Shown piece by piece: positions 19,037 through 28,021 of a stretch of 64,000 nt of DNA. Numbering within the stretch: the stretch's first letter is position 1; each line of letters starts with the position of its first letter. Under the pieces are notes generated by a model. The model did not search any database. It saw only the letters and a list, made by a program, of their open reading frames with translations, and had not been told where the DNA came from. The translations under genes were made by a program, and so were the position numbers. Source of the stretch: Candidatus Omnitrophota bacterium (GTDB taxonomy: Bacteria; Omnitrophota; Gorgyraeia; B26-G9); contig JBDRPX010000007.1 in assembly GCA_043826565.1 (NCBI GenBank), positions 9,412-73,411 on the forward strand. The letters are read 5' to 3'.

Positions 19037-20499
19037 TGTCTGAGCTTCCTTTAAAAACACATAATTCTCAGGCTAACGAATCACAGAATATTACTCAACT
19101 GCCGTTTGAGGAGTTTCGCGATCTTGTGGTTAAAGAAATACAAACTGGTGCTCGGGTTGTGTGTTTCTGGGGACATCCAAATTCAAATAAAACAGTTACT
19201 CTCATTATGGTTCTTGCGTATGATCAAGAAGGATATTTAACCACTTTTTCTACTGTAGTTGAGAATTCTTATCCTTCATTGACAGTACAAATACCACAAG
19301 TCCATTTGTTCGAGCGGGAAATTTTTGAGCAGTGGGGGGTGCGTCCCGAGGGGCATCCCTGGCTTAAGCCAATTCGAATCGTTCCGGCGGTTACGAACTT
19401 TTTAAAACTTCATGGAGGAGAAATACACGAAGTCGCTGTTGGGCCAGTGCATGCGGGGATAATTGAACCGGGCCATTTTCGGTTTCAATGTCATGGCGAA
19501 CAAGTTTTTCATCTGGAAATTTCTTTAGGCTATCAGCATCGTGGTATTGAGAAAGCATTAATTGGAGGCCCGGATAAGCGTACAAGCCATTATATGGAAA
19601 CTTTAGCAGGGGATACGACTATTGGGCATTCATTAGCGTATTCCCAGGCAATAGAGGGGTTATCTAATTGTAATGTTTCTTTAAGAGTATCGGCACTCCG
19701 GGCGATTATGCTTGAATTAGAACGATTAGCTAACCATACCGGCGATTTAGGCGCGTTGGCTGGTGATATCGGTTATTTGCCAACATCATCATATTGCGGA
19801 CGATTGAGGGGGGATTTCTTGAATATGAGCGCGCTTATTTGCGGGAATCGTTTTGGGCGTAACATGATTCGCCCCGGAGGTGTGATGTTTGATGTAAATG
19901 CCGGCATGATTAAAGAATTAAAGACTCGCTTAACGAATGTGTTTTCGGATGTTAAAAATGCTGTTTCACTCCTTTGGAGTTCTCCTTTAGTTGTTGATAG
20001 ATTTGATGAAATAGGTATTATAACAAAGCAGACAGCATTGGAACTGGGATTGGTGGGAGTTGCCGCGCGGGCGAGCGGTATTGAGCGGGATGTTCGTTTT
20101 GATTTTCCTACAGGTGCCTTTAGATTTTCCCAGATTCCTTTGTCAACATATTCATCAGGTGATGTTTTTGCGCGGGCTTTTGTAAGGTGGCTTGAAATAC
20201 AGCGGTCAGTGACATTTGTCCTAGATCAGCTAAATAGTTTACCTGCAGGTGAAATTAGCATTCCCGTACCGCCAATTAAACGGGATAACATGCTTATTTC
20301 ATTAGTAGAGGGGTGGCGTGGAGAGATCTGTCATATCGTTTTGACTGATAAGAATGGAAATATAAATCAATATAAAATTGTTGATCCATCGTTTCATAAT
20401 TGGATGGGATTAGCTGTTGCGCTTAGAGGAGAAGAAATTTCTGATTTTCCGATATGCAATAAAAGTTTTAATTTATCATACTGCGGTCATGACCTTTAA
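19033..20499 (+). CDS. NuoC-NuoD-fusion-type large subunit (HycE/HyfG-like) lacking both NiFe-binding CxxC motifs, an Ehr-type catalytic subunit
   Basis: NuoC-like FEREIFEQWGV...GHPWL, then GPVHAGIIEPGHFRF...LGYQHRGIEK (group-4 large-subunit core). At the L1 position RxCGxCxxxHS the sequence is AGDTTIGHSLAY (Cys to Ala/Thr). The C-terminal DPCxxCxxR is absent (ends ...PICNKSFNLSYCGHDL). Confidence 0.8.
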   Translation: MMSELPLKTHNSQANESQNITQLPFEEFRDLVVKEIQTGARVVCFWGHPNSNKTVTLIMVLAYDQEGYLTTFSTVVENSYPSLTVQIPQVHLFEREIFEQWGVRPEGHPWLKPIRIVPAVTNFLKLHGGEIHEVAVGPVHAGIIEPGHFRFQCHGEQVFHLEISLGYQHRGIEKALIGGPDKRTSHYMETLAGDTTIGHSLAYSQAIEGLSNCNVSLRVSALRAIMLELERLANHTGDLGALAGDIGYLPTSSYCGRLRGDFLNMSALICGNRFGRNMIRPGGVMFDVNAGMIKELKTRLTNVFSDVKNAVSLLWSSPLVVDRFDEIGIITKQTALELGLVGVAARASGIERDVRFDFPTGAFRFSQIPLSTYSSGDVFARAFVRWLEIQRSVTFVLDQLNSLPAGEISIPVPPIKRDNMLISLVEGWRGEICHIVLTDKNGNINQYKIVDPSFHNWMGLAVALRGEEISDFPICNKSFNLSYCGHDL

Positions 20500-20516
20500 A
20501 AGGAATTAGGATAATA

Positions 20517-21332
20517 ATGATTAAAACATTATACGCGAGAATAAAACAGGGCTACAGAACAATGCCATTTCCAACTAAAAATGCGAATTTACCGGAAAGG
20601 TTTTTAGGGTTGCCTTGTTTTTCTTCAAAGGTTTCTAAAGAAGCGGGCGAGAAGTGTAAAGCTGTTTGCCCGACCGGAGCGATTGAGCAATCTAATAATA
20701 TTCTTACAATTGATTTGGGGAAATGTCTTTTTTGTGGAGCATGCCAAAACGCAGGCTCAACTCAGGCGATAACTTTTTCCCGGGAATATCGATTGGCAGT
20801 GAAGGAAAGAAAAGACCTGATCCTTTCGAATCTGTCAGACCGGCATGAACGCGAAATCAGAAAAAGAGTAAAACATATTTTCGGCCGGTCGTTAAAATTG
20901 CGTCAGGTTAGTGCCGGAGGGTGCAATGCCTGTGAGTCAGACATAAATGTTTTGAATACGTTAGGCTTTGATCTTGGGCGTTTTGGGATTCAATTTGTTG
21001 CTTCTCCCCGCCATGCGGATGGAATTGTAGTAACCGGCCCGGTTACAAAAAACATGAGGCTGGCACTGGAAAAAACATATAAAGCGATACCGTCTCCAAA
21101 ACTTGTTATCGCGTTAGGAGCGTGTGCGATATCCGGCGGCCCTTATATTGATCACAATGAAGCTAACAACGGAATTGATTCTATTATCCCTGTTGATCTT
21201 TATATCCCAGGCTGCCCACCGCATCCTTTAACGATACTAGATGGCCTTTTGAGTATTATGGGCCGGTTAGAACAGCGAGTTGTTTCGCCGGTTCTAACAG
21301 AGAGGATTATTGATGGGAAAAACAAAATTTAA
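20517..21332 (+). CDS. fused HycF-like ferredoxin (degenerate) / HycG-NuoB-like small subunit
   Basis: N-terminal CKAVCPTGAI and CLFCGACQNA. C-terminal NuoB-type ligands GGCNACE...LGACAISGG...PGCPP. Confidence 0.75.
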   Translation: MIKTLYARIKQGYRTMPFPTKNANLPERFLGLPCFSSKVSKEAGEKCKAVCPTGAIEQSNNILTIDLGKCLFCGACQNAGSTQAITFSREYRLAVKERKDLILSNLSDRHEREIRKRVKHIFGRSLKLRQVSAGGCNACESDINVLNTLGFDLGRFGIQFVASPRHADGIVVTGPVTKNMRLALEKTYKAIPSPKLVIALGACAISGGPYIDHNEANNGIDSIIPVDLYIPGCPPHPLTILDGLLSIMGRLEQRVVSPVLTERIIDGKNKI

Positions 21333-21723
21333 TGAATTAAAACAAATTTTTAAGACTTTGCATGGGCCAAAAGGCTGTCTCTGGGATAAGGAGCAGACGC
21401 ATCAGTCCTTGCTTAAATCCCTGAAAGAGGAAACCCGGGAATTAACTCAGGCGATAAAAAACGAAGATTTCGATAATATGAAGGAAGAATTAGGCGATGT
21501 CCTGCTCCAAGTAATGTTCCATTCTCAGATTGCCTTAAAGAAAAAGAAATTCGATGTTGAAGATGTTATCGAAGTATTAATAAAAAAATTAAAACGCCGG
21601 CATCCGCATGTCTTTGGTAAAACAAAAGTAAAATCCAGCGCTCAAATTATTCGTAACTGGAACAAGATCAAGACTGAGGAAAAGAAAAAACTGGATAAAA
21701 AGAGTGGTAGGATTGATTTGTAG
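21313..21723 (+). CDS. mazG: MazG-family nucleotide pyrophosphohydrolase
   Basis: EELGDVLLQV...RRHPHVFG signature of the MazG domain. Confidence 0.75.
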   Translation: MGKTKFNELKQIFKTLHGPKGCLWDKEQTHQSLLKSLKEETRELTQAIKNEDFDNMKEELGDVLLQVMFHSQIALKKKKFDVEDVIEVLIKKLKRRHPHVFGKTKVKSSAQIIRNWNKIKTEEKKKLDKKSGRIDL

Positions 21724-21724
21724 C

Positions 21725-22714
21725 ATGAAGAGAGATTTTAGTAAAAAAAATAAGTTAAAAGGGGTGGTTACTCCGGAAAAAGCCCGGCATCATGCCGAAA
21801 TGCTGGCAAATTCTGTGAGAAATAAATACCGGCACCTCTCAAAACGTTTTCGTAAGGCCCGGATAGAATGCTTTAGGCTCTATGACTGGGACAGTCCGGA
21901 AATCCGGATTGTGGTGGATTGGTATGCCGGACATCTGGTCGTCGCCGAATATGAACGCCTGCAGACCGGGCCGGAATATCTGGGGCAGATGGCGCAGGCC
22001 GCTGCGGCTGCGCTGAATGTGTCCAGTGAAAATGTGCATACAAAAAAAAGGCACACCAAAGTAACCGAAGGCCCCCGCTATAGCAAACTTGCCTGCGAAG
22101 GCAAACAGATTGAGGTAAGCGAAGGGGATTTTAAATTTTTGGTTAATCTTACGGATTTTTTGGATACCGGATTATTTTCCGACCATCGCCAGACGCGTAA
22201 TATTATCCGTAAGATGTCCGAAGGTAAGGATTTTCTGAATCTTTTTGCTTATACCGGAGCATTTACCTGCGCGGCAGCTTTGGGTAATGCCCGCTCAACG
22301 GTTACGGTAGACCGTTCGCAGACATATATAAACTGGGCTAAGGATAACCTCGCGCTTAACAAATTCCAAAATGAGCGGCATAAATTTGTGCAGTCTGATG
22401 TTATAAAATATTTAAATCGCGCGTATAAAGATGATCAGAAATTTGACCTGGCTTTTGTTGACCCTCCGTCTTTTTATAAGGATCAGTTAGCCGGGGTTGA
22501 TTTTGATATTAATCGCGACCATCCGGACCTGATAATCAAGGTTTTGAAAATAATGCGGCCGGGCGCGGATATTTTGTTTTCCACAAATCATCAGGACTTT
22601 GAGCCGAGGTTTGATGATCTTGAAGTTAAAGAGATCATTCCGTTAACTCCGAAAACCATCCCTGAAGATTACCGAAACCAAAATATTCATCATTGCTGGC
22701 AGATAAAGATATAA
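21725..22714 (+). CDS. class I SAM-dependent RNA methyltransferase (RlmI/RlmKL C-terminal-domain family)
   Basis: LNLFAYTGAFTCAAA...VDRSQ and FDLAFVDPPSF motifs (SAM binding and the DPPxF/Y catalytic motif). Confidence 0.6.
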   Translation: MKRDFSKKNKLKGVVTPEKARHHAEMLANSVRNKYRHLSKRFRKARIECFRLYDWDSPEIRIVVDWYAGHLVVAEYERLQTGPEYLGQMAQAAAAALNVSSENVHTKKRHTKVTEGPRYSKLACEGKQIEVSEGDFKFLVNLTDFLDTGLFSDHRQTRNIIRKMSEGKDFLNLFAYTGAFTCAAALGNARSTVTVDRSQTYINWAKDNLALNKFQNERHKFVQSDVIKYLNRAYKDDQKFDLAFVDPPSFYKDQLAGVDFDINRDHPDLIIKVLKIMRPGADILFSTNHQDFEPRFDDLEVKEIIPLTPKTIPEDYRNQNIHHCWQIKI

Positions 22715-22732
22715 GTAATAGCGGACTAAAAT

Positions 22733-22769
22733 AACCCCTTGTAATATAATAAGTTACAGGGGTTTTTTG
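22733..22769 (+). terminator. rho-independent terminator (cccctTgtaa / ttacagggg stem plus T6)
   Basis: Hairpin with one bulge followed by TTTTTTG, 20 nt after the methyltransferase stop. Confidence 0.5.
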
Positions 22770-22827
22770 TCTGCGTTTTCGGGCATAATGTTTGGGAATA
22801 TGGTATATTTGTAATATGGGGTAATAT

Positions 22828-23550
22828 ATGAAAAAAATTATTATTTTGTCAGTATGTTCTTTACTGGTTCTATCAATCCCTTATGTGTTTGGGGTAAAAA
22901 AGGGGGTTTCCCTTCAGGTTTATACTGTAAAAAATATTCTTTATACGATTAGCCCAGTGGGAGTAGCTGAGTTTAGTGATTTAGGGATAGTTGAGTTGTG
23001 CGGGCAGAAGGTAAGATTGCATACTTTGGAAACGCAGATATTTGGTTTTAAGGATAGAGAAAGGATTTATAGTGATTTAAAGACACTTCTGCCGATTCGG
23101 ATAGAACGTGATGTCGTCCGGTGGTTTAGCAAAGAGCGTATAGAAGAGGAATATGATCAGGAAAATTTCACCCTTACTATCCGGAAATTTAAAGGTCGCA
23201 GGCAAGTACACGAATCTGTAATTCAGAAGGATGGACCGATTAATAATGCGATTATGGTGCTGTTTGATTTGCGGACGATCCCTGAGCCTGAAATAGGGGT
23301 GAGTTTCAAGGCAAATCTTCCAACTGAATTTGAGATAAAATTGGAGTCTATAGATCAGATAAATATTCGTAATGAAACATTTGAGACCTATCATTTCACA
23401 AGTGTCCCGGATACATTTGAAACTTGGATTAGTAAGGATGCCCGCAGAATGCCTCTAAAAATAAAATTGCGCATTGGCATAGGATATACGTTGGTATTAA
23501 AAGAGTATCTTGAGGAAGTGTCCCTAAGTGATTTAACGAAGTTAAAATAA
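22828..23550 (+). CDS. secreted hypothetical protein (signal peptide)
   Basis: N-terminus MKKIIILSVCSLLVLSIPYVFG. No recognisable catalytic motif. Confidence 0.5.
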   Translation: MKKIIILSVCSLLVLSIPYVFGVKKGVSLQVYTVKNILYTISPVGVAEFSDLGIVELCGQKVRLHTLETQIFGFKDRERIYSDLKTLLPIRIERDVVRWFSKERIEEEYDQENFTLTIRKFKGRRQVHESVIQKDGPINNAIMVLFDLRTIPEPEIGVSFKANLPTEFEIKLESIDQINIRNETFETYHFTSVPDTFETWISKDARRMPLKIKLRIGIGYTLVLKEYLEEVSLSDLTKLK

Positions 23551-23563
23551 AGCTGGATATAAA

Positions 23564-23593
23564 TAGAGCCAGTTGCTCTACTTTTCTATTTTG
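23564..23593 (+). terminator. terminator hairpin tagagc-cagtt-gctcta plus T-rich tract
   Basis: 14 nt downstream of the stop at 23550. Confidence 0.45.
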
Positions 23594-23750
23594 CCGGATT
23601 TTTGAGGGATTTGGCTGTTGATAAGTAATACTTGTTTAATGTAGCAGTTATGATTATAATAGCGTGGTATTGATAAAACTGGAAAAGGAAGATACAAGGA
23701 GGCATCTTAGGCGATGCCTTTTTTAATGAGAGGGTTATTAAGGTAAAAAA

Positions 23751-25109
23751 ATGGATAAACATCAGAACAAATCGGCGCATCCCCGTACTTTAGCGAGCGG
23801 GGCATTTACTCAGCTTATGCCGGAGCTGCAGAAGGCGGTATCAGACCGCGGCTATCATACTCCCACACCCATACAGGATCAGGTGATTTTCCATCTGCTT
23901 AATGGCCGGGATCTGATCGGCTGCGCGCAAACCGGTACTGGAAAAACCGCGGCTTTTGTCTTGCCGATCTTGCAATATTTGACAAAAAATCCGCGCTCTC
24001 CGGTGCGGGGGAAACCTCGTGTATTAATCTTAGCTCCGACGCGTGAGCTGGCCGCGCAAATCGGAGATAGTGTTAAAAATTACGGACAATATTTAAAAAT
24101 ATCTTATGCGGTTATTTTTGGCGGCGTTAGTCAAAATCCTCAGGTGCGTGCCTTGGCGCGTGGTGTGGATATTGTTGTGGCTACTCCCGGACGTTTACTG
24201 GACCTGGCTAATCAGCGCCACATACATTTAGATCATATTGAGATTTTTGTCCTAGACGAGGCAGATCGAATGCTGGATATGGGTTTTATTCATGATGTTC
24301 AGCGTATTGTCGATAAGCTTCCCAAAAAACGCCAGACTCTTTTTTTCTCGGCGACCATGGATCAGGAAGTTGTTAAGCTTTCGGAAAAGATCATTCATAA
24401 TGCTGTTTTTGTCAGTGTGACTCCCGATAAACCGGCAGTAGAACGCATTGTTCAGAAAGTATTTTTTGTGGAAAAAAATCATAAAGATGCTCTTTTGGCA
24501 CAACTCCTGGAGGCTAAACATTTAAGCCGGGTATTGGTTTTTGTGCAAATGAAGCATTCTGCTAATAAGGTTGTTCAGAAACTACAAAAGCTTAGGATCA
24601 GTGCTACAGCTATTCATGGGAACAAAAGCCAGAATGCGAGAACTGAGGCGCTGGATAAGTTTAAAAAAGGCCATATGCGTGTTTTGGTGGCTACGGATAT
24701 TGCGGCGCGGGGTATCGATGTTTCTTCGATCTCACATGTGGTTAATTATGATCTGCCGCTAACCCCGGAAACTTATGTGCATCGCATTGGCCGGACAGCC
24801 CGGGCCAACACTGACGGTGACGCTGTTTCTTTTTGTTCGCCGGCAGAACGTGATTGTTTGCGCGCGATTGAAAAAATGCTGCGTATGGGGATACCGGTTG
24901 ATCGGGATCACGTTTTTCATTCTAAGGCCGCTGAGACTGCTACCGGTGCTGCGGCACGGGGCCCATCTAAAAGAGGGAGACTTGGCCGCAATGTAAACGA
25001 AGGGCGCAAGCCTGCGGCGAAGAGTAGAAAATATCCGGCACCCTGGGCGCGAAGGCCAAAGAGTAAAGGCAGCGACAAAAGCCGAAGCCGTTCTCCCCGC
25101 AGCCGATAG
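23751..25109 (+). CDS. DEAD-box ATP-dependent RNA helicase (RhlE/CshA-like) with basic C-terminal tail
   Basis: Q-motif region, AQTGTGKT (motif I), PTRELA, DEAD, SAT, HGNKSQNAR and HRIGRTAR motifs. RS/K-rich tail. Confidence 0.85.
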   Translation: MDKHQNKSAHPRTLASGAFTQLMPELQKAVSDRGYHTPTPIQDQVIFHLLNGRDLIGCAQTGTGKTAAFVLPILQYLTKNPRSPVRGKPRVLILAPTRELAAQIGDSVKNYGQYLKISYAVIFGGVSQNPQVRALARGVDIVVATPGRLLDLANQRHIHLDHIEIFVLDEADRMLDMGFIHDVQRIVDKLPKKRQTLFFSATMDQEVVKLSEKIIHNAVFVSVTPDKPAVERIVQKVFFVEKNHKDALLAQLLEAKHLSRVLVFVQMKHSANKVVQKLQKLRISATAIHGNKSQNARTEALDKFKKGHMRVLVATDIAARGIDVSSISHVVNYDLPLTPETYVHRIGRTARANTDGDAVSFCSPAERDCLRAIEKMLRMGIPVDRDHVFHSKAAETATGAAARGPSKRGRLGRNVNEGRKPAAKSRKYPAPWARRPKSKGSDKSRSRSPRSR

Positions 25110-25583
25110 ATGGAAAATCTAGAGATTGATTTAAATAAAATTACGCAATTGGCAATAGAACAAGAGGAAGAGAACAGGGAATTTAATTCTTTTTTGAAAT
25201 CCATTCAGGATACCCGGAAGATAGATAAAATTGTACATAGCTTGTATAAGCAAGTATCAGCAAAGATAGATTGTACGAGTTGCGGTAATTGTTGTAAGCT
25301 TATGGATCCAGTCTTTAAAGCCAAGGATATTGCCAAACTCTCAAAAAGTATAAAAGATTGCTTAATAGAAGATAAAGAAGAAGACTTTGTTTTTAAGACA
25401 AGTCCTTGTCTGCTTTTAAAAGAAACTAAGTGTCTGCAGTATTTATCTCGTCCGGAGGGGTGTAGGTCTTACCCCCATTTAGATAGAAAAGATTTTATTT
25501 CCAGATTAGCTGAGGTCATGGAAAGTTATTCGATTTGTCCGATCGTGTTTAATGTGTATGAAGGTTTAAAAGCTAAAATTTAA
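25110..25583 (+). CDS. YkgJ/UPF0153 family putative Zn/Fe-chelating protein (CxxCxxCC)
   Basis: TSCGNCCKLM... and second Cys cluster TSPCLLLKETKCLQY. Confidence 0.55.
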   Translation: MENLEIDLNKITQLAIEQEEENREFNSFLKSIQDTRKIDKIVHSLYKQVSAKIDCTSCGNCCKLMDPVFKAKDIAKLSKSIKDCLIEDKEEDFVFKTSPCLLLKETKCLQYLSRPEGCRSYPHLDRKDFISRLAEVMESYSICPIVFNVYEGLKAKI

Positions 25584-25638
25584 TTTTGTCTTTTATCTAA
25601 TTGTGATATGATAAAAGCCGCATAAGGGAGGAATAGTA

Positions 25639-27489
25639 ATGTCAGACGAAAATATTAAAACATATGAGTATAAAGCGGAAATGAAGCAGTTGCTGCATCT
25701 TATTGTGCATTCTTTGTATACACATCCGGAAGTGTTTTTGCGGGAGTTAGTATCTAATGCTTCGGATGCTTTAAACAAAGTTCGGTATCAGCAGTTAACC
25801 GACGATACTATTTTGGATAAGGATAAAGAGCTGGATATTAGGATTACTTTAGATGAAAAGACTAAAATATTTTCGATTGAAGATAGCGGAATCGGGATGA
25901 GTCAGGAAGATCTGACTGACGCTATTGGTACAGTGGCTCGTTCCGGGACGCTTGAGTTTCTGCAGAAACTCAAAGAAGAGAATAAAAATTCCGGAGATCT
26001 GATCGGTCAGTTTGGAGTTGGGTTTTACTCGGTATTTATGGTAACTGATGAGGTTACGATCGAAACCCGCCATGCTGATAAGGATTCTAAAGGATTGCGT
26101 TGGGTATCTTCCGGAGAAGGAAAGTATACAATCGAGGAAATCGATAAAAAAACCCGCGGGACAAAAATAACTTTTACTTTAAAAGAAAATGCAGCGGAAT
26201 TTGCCCACCCGTATAGAATTAAGGAAATCATTAAGAAGTATTCAAGTTTTGCGGATTTCCCGATCCTCTTAGGGCAAGAGAAAGTTAATACTGTAGAAGC
26301 TTTGTGGCGCAAAAGAGAGAGTGATGTTAAGGAGGAAGAGCGTAATGAGTTTTATAAATTCATCACTAAAGATTTTGAAGATCCGATGGCGCATCTGCAG
26401 CTGTCTTTAGAGGGAACGGGGGTTTCGTTTAAGGCTTTATTATTCATTCCCCACAGTGCGCCTCATGATCTGATGCGAACTCGTCAGCATAAAACAGTTC
26501 AGCTTTATTCTAATAAAATCATGATCATGGAAGATTGCCAAGAGCTGCTGCCGGAATATCTCCAGTTTGTAAGGGGAGTAGTAGATACCAGTGATATCCC
26601 TCTGAATGTGTCCCGGGAGACAGTGCAGGTGTCTGCGGTTATGGCGAAGATGAGAGAAGTTCTGGTTAAGAAGGTTCTGCAATGGTTAAAAGATATGTCC
26701 GAAAAAGAAACTGATAAATACATAACATTCTATAAGCAGTTTGGCCCGATGTTCAAGACCGGGTTAAACATGGATTTTATGAATAGAGATAAATTAACGG
26801 AGTTGCTTCGGTTTGAAACTTCTACTCAAGCGCCGGGCAAGTTGGTTTCCTTAAAAGAGTATGTCTCCAGGATGAAGGAAAATCAAAAAGAGATATATTA
26901 TCTTTCCGGGGATTGCCGGGAGTTTGCCGAGCGTAATCCAAACTTAGAATGCTTTAAGAAAAATGATATTGAAGTTATCTTCCTGCTTGAAGCAGTAGAG
27001 ATATTTGTTGTCCCAACAATCCCGTCCTATGATGGAAAACCGTTAAAAGCTATTGATAAAGGTGATATTGATCTGGACGTCGGCAGTAAAGAAGAAAATA
27101 AAGGACAAGACAATCTTTCGAAATCGCTTATTGATCTGTTTAAGACGACTTTAAAAGATCAAGTTGAGGATGTTAAGATCTCCAAGCGTTTGGTGGATTC
27201 AGCGGTTACCTTAGTAGTTAAAGACGGCGGCATGGATCACCAGATGGAAAGAATGATGAAGATGATGGGGCAGAATGTGCCGGAGGGAAAAAGGATATTG
27301 GAAGTAAATATAGATCATCCGGTAGTTAAAAACCTATCCCGCAGATATTTAGCCAATGCCACAGATGGCTTATTGGAAAAATGCATTGTTCAGCTTTATG
27401 AAAGCGCCCGTCTTATCGATGGAGAACTTTCCTCCCGGATAGATTATGTTAAGCGCATGACCGATATAATGGAAGAAGCGACAAAATAG
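25639..27489 (+). CDS. htpG: molecular chaperone HtpG (Hsp90)
   Basis: HLIVHSLYTHPEVFLRELVSNASDAL, GTIARSGT-like and the remaining Hsp90 N/M/C blocks. Length 616 aa. Confidence 0.9.
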   Translation: MSDENIKTYEYKAEMKQLLHLIVHSLYTHPEVFLRELVSNASDALNKVRYQQLTDDTILDKDKELDIRITLDEKTKIFSIEDSGIGMSQEDLTDAIGTVARSGTLEFLQKLKEENKNSGDLIGQFGVGFYSVFMVTDEVTIETRHADKDSKGLRWVSSGEGKYTIEEIDKKTRGTKITFTLKENAAEFAHPYRIKEIIKKYSSFADFPILLGQEKVNTVEALWRKRESDVKEEERNEFYKFITKDFEDPMAHLQLSLEGTGVSFKALLFIPHSAPHDLMRTRQHKTVQLYSNKIMIMEDCQELLPEYLQFVRGVVDTSDIPLNVSRETVQVSAVMAKMREVLVKKVLQWLKDMSEKETDKYITFYKQFGPMFKTGLNMDFMNRDKLTELLRFETSTQAPGKLVSLKEYVSRMKENQKEIYYLSGDCREFAERNPNLECFKKNDIEVIFLLEAVEIFVVPTIPSYDGKPLKAIDKGDIDLDVGSKEENKGQDNLSKSLIDLFKTTLKDQVEDVKISKRLVDSAVTLVVKDGGMDHQMERMMKMMGQNVPEGKRILEVNIDHPVVKNLSRRYLANATDGLLEKCIVQLYESARLIDGELSSRIDYVKRMTDIMEEATK

Positions 27490-27605
27490 AGACGCCACTA
27501 TTAATCCCTTGCAACGAAATGAGTTGTAAATGGTTTTTATTTGAGGTATAATCTCAACTACAAGATGGCACTATGTAATATGGGTCAAGAGGCGAGGAGG
27601 ATATA

Positions 27606-27743
27606 TTGGCAAGAGATAATTACTCATTTGGTAAACGTCAGAAAGAATTAGCAAAGAAAAAGAAACAAGAAGACAAGAGACAAAGTAAACTGGATAAAAA
27701 GAACTTAAAGGTCAAAGATGATTCGGAGCAGACTCCGGATTAA
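27606..27743 (+). CDS. small Lys-rich protein (45 aa), TTG start with AGGAGG SD 5 nt upstream
   Basis: MARDNYSFGKRQKELAKKKKQEDKRQSKLDKKNLKVKDDSEQTPD. Below the ORF-track length cut-off, found by reading. Confidence 0.35.
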   Translation: MARDNYSFGKRQKELAKKKKQEDKRQSKLDKKNLKVKDDSEQTPD

Positions 27744-27781
27744 GGAATAAAATCTTTACCAAAACGAACAGAGGAGGTAAC

Positions 27782-27952
27782 ATGGGATATCAAGGCGGCG
27801 GCGGTGGCGGATATAACAGTGGACCACGTGAGATGCACAAGGCGACTTGTGAAGAATGTAAACAAGAATGTGAAGTTCCTTTCAAACCGAGCGGAGATCG
27901 TCCGGTTTACTGTAGGGATTGTTTTTCAAAGCGCAAGAACGACAGGCGCTAA
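27782..27952 (+). CDS. Gly-rich zinc-ribbon protein (56 aa), paralog of 63686..63868
   Basis: MGYQGGGGGGYNSGPREMHKATCEECKQECEVPFKPSGDRPVYCRDCFSKRKNDRR. GAGGAGG SD. Confidence 0.55.
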   Translation: MGYQGGGGGGYNSGPREMHKATCEECKQECEVPFKPSGDRPVYCRDCFSKRKNDRR

Positions 27953-28021
27953 AGAATAGTCAAATGGCAAGACGAATATGGACGGTTCTCGCATCTAACT
28001 TAGAAATAAGGAGGAGCAGCC

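Noticed and set aside
23586-23780. 64-aa minus-strand ORF across the helicase leader
   Set aside because: It overlaps the promoter, upstream ORF and hairpin of the helicase on the opposite strand and has no SD. Likely spurious.
27790-27815. ggcggcggcggtggcgg tandem trinucleotide run
   Set aside because: It is coding and encodes the poly-Gly segment of the zinc-ribbon protein. It is not a repeat element or CRISPR.
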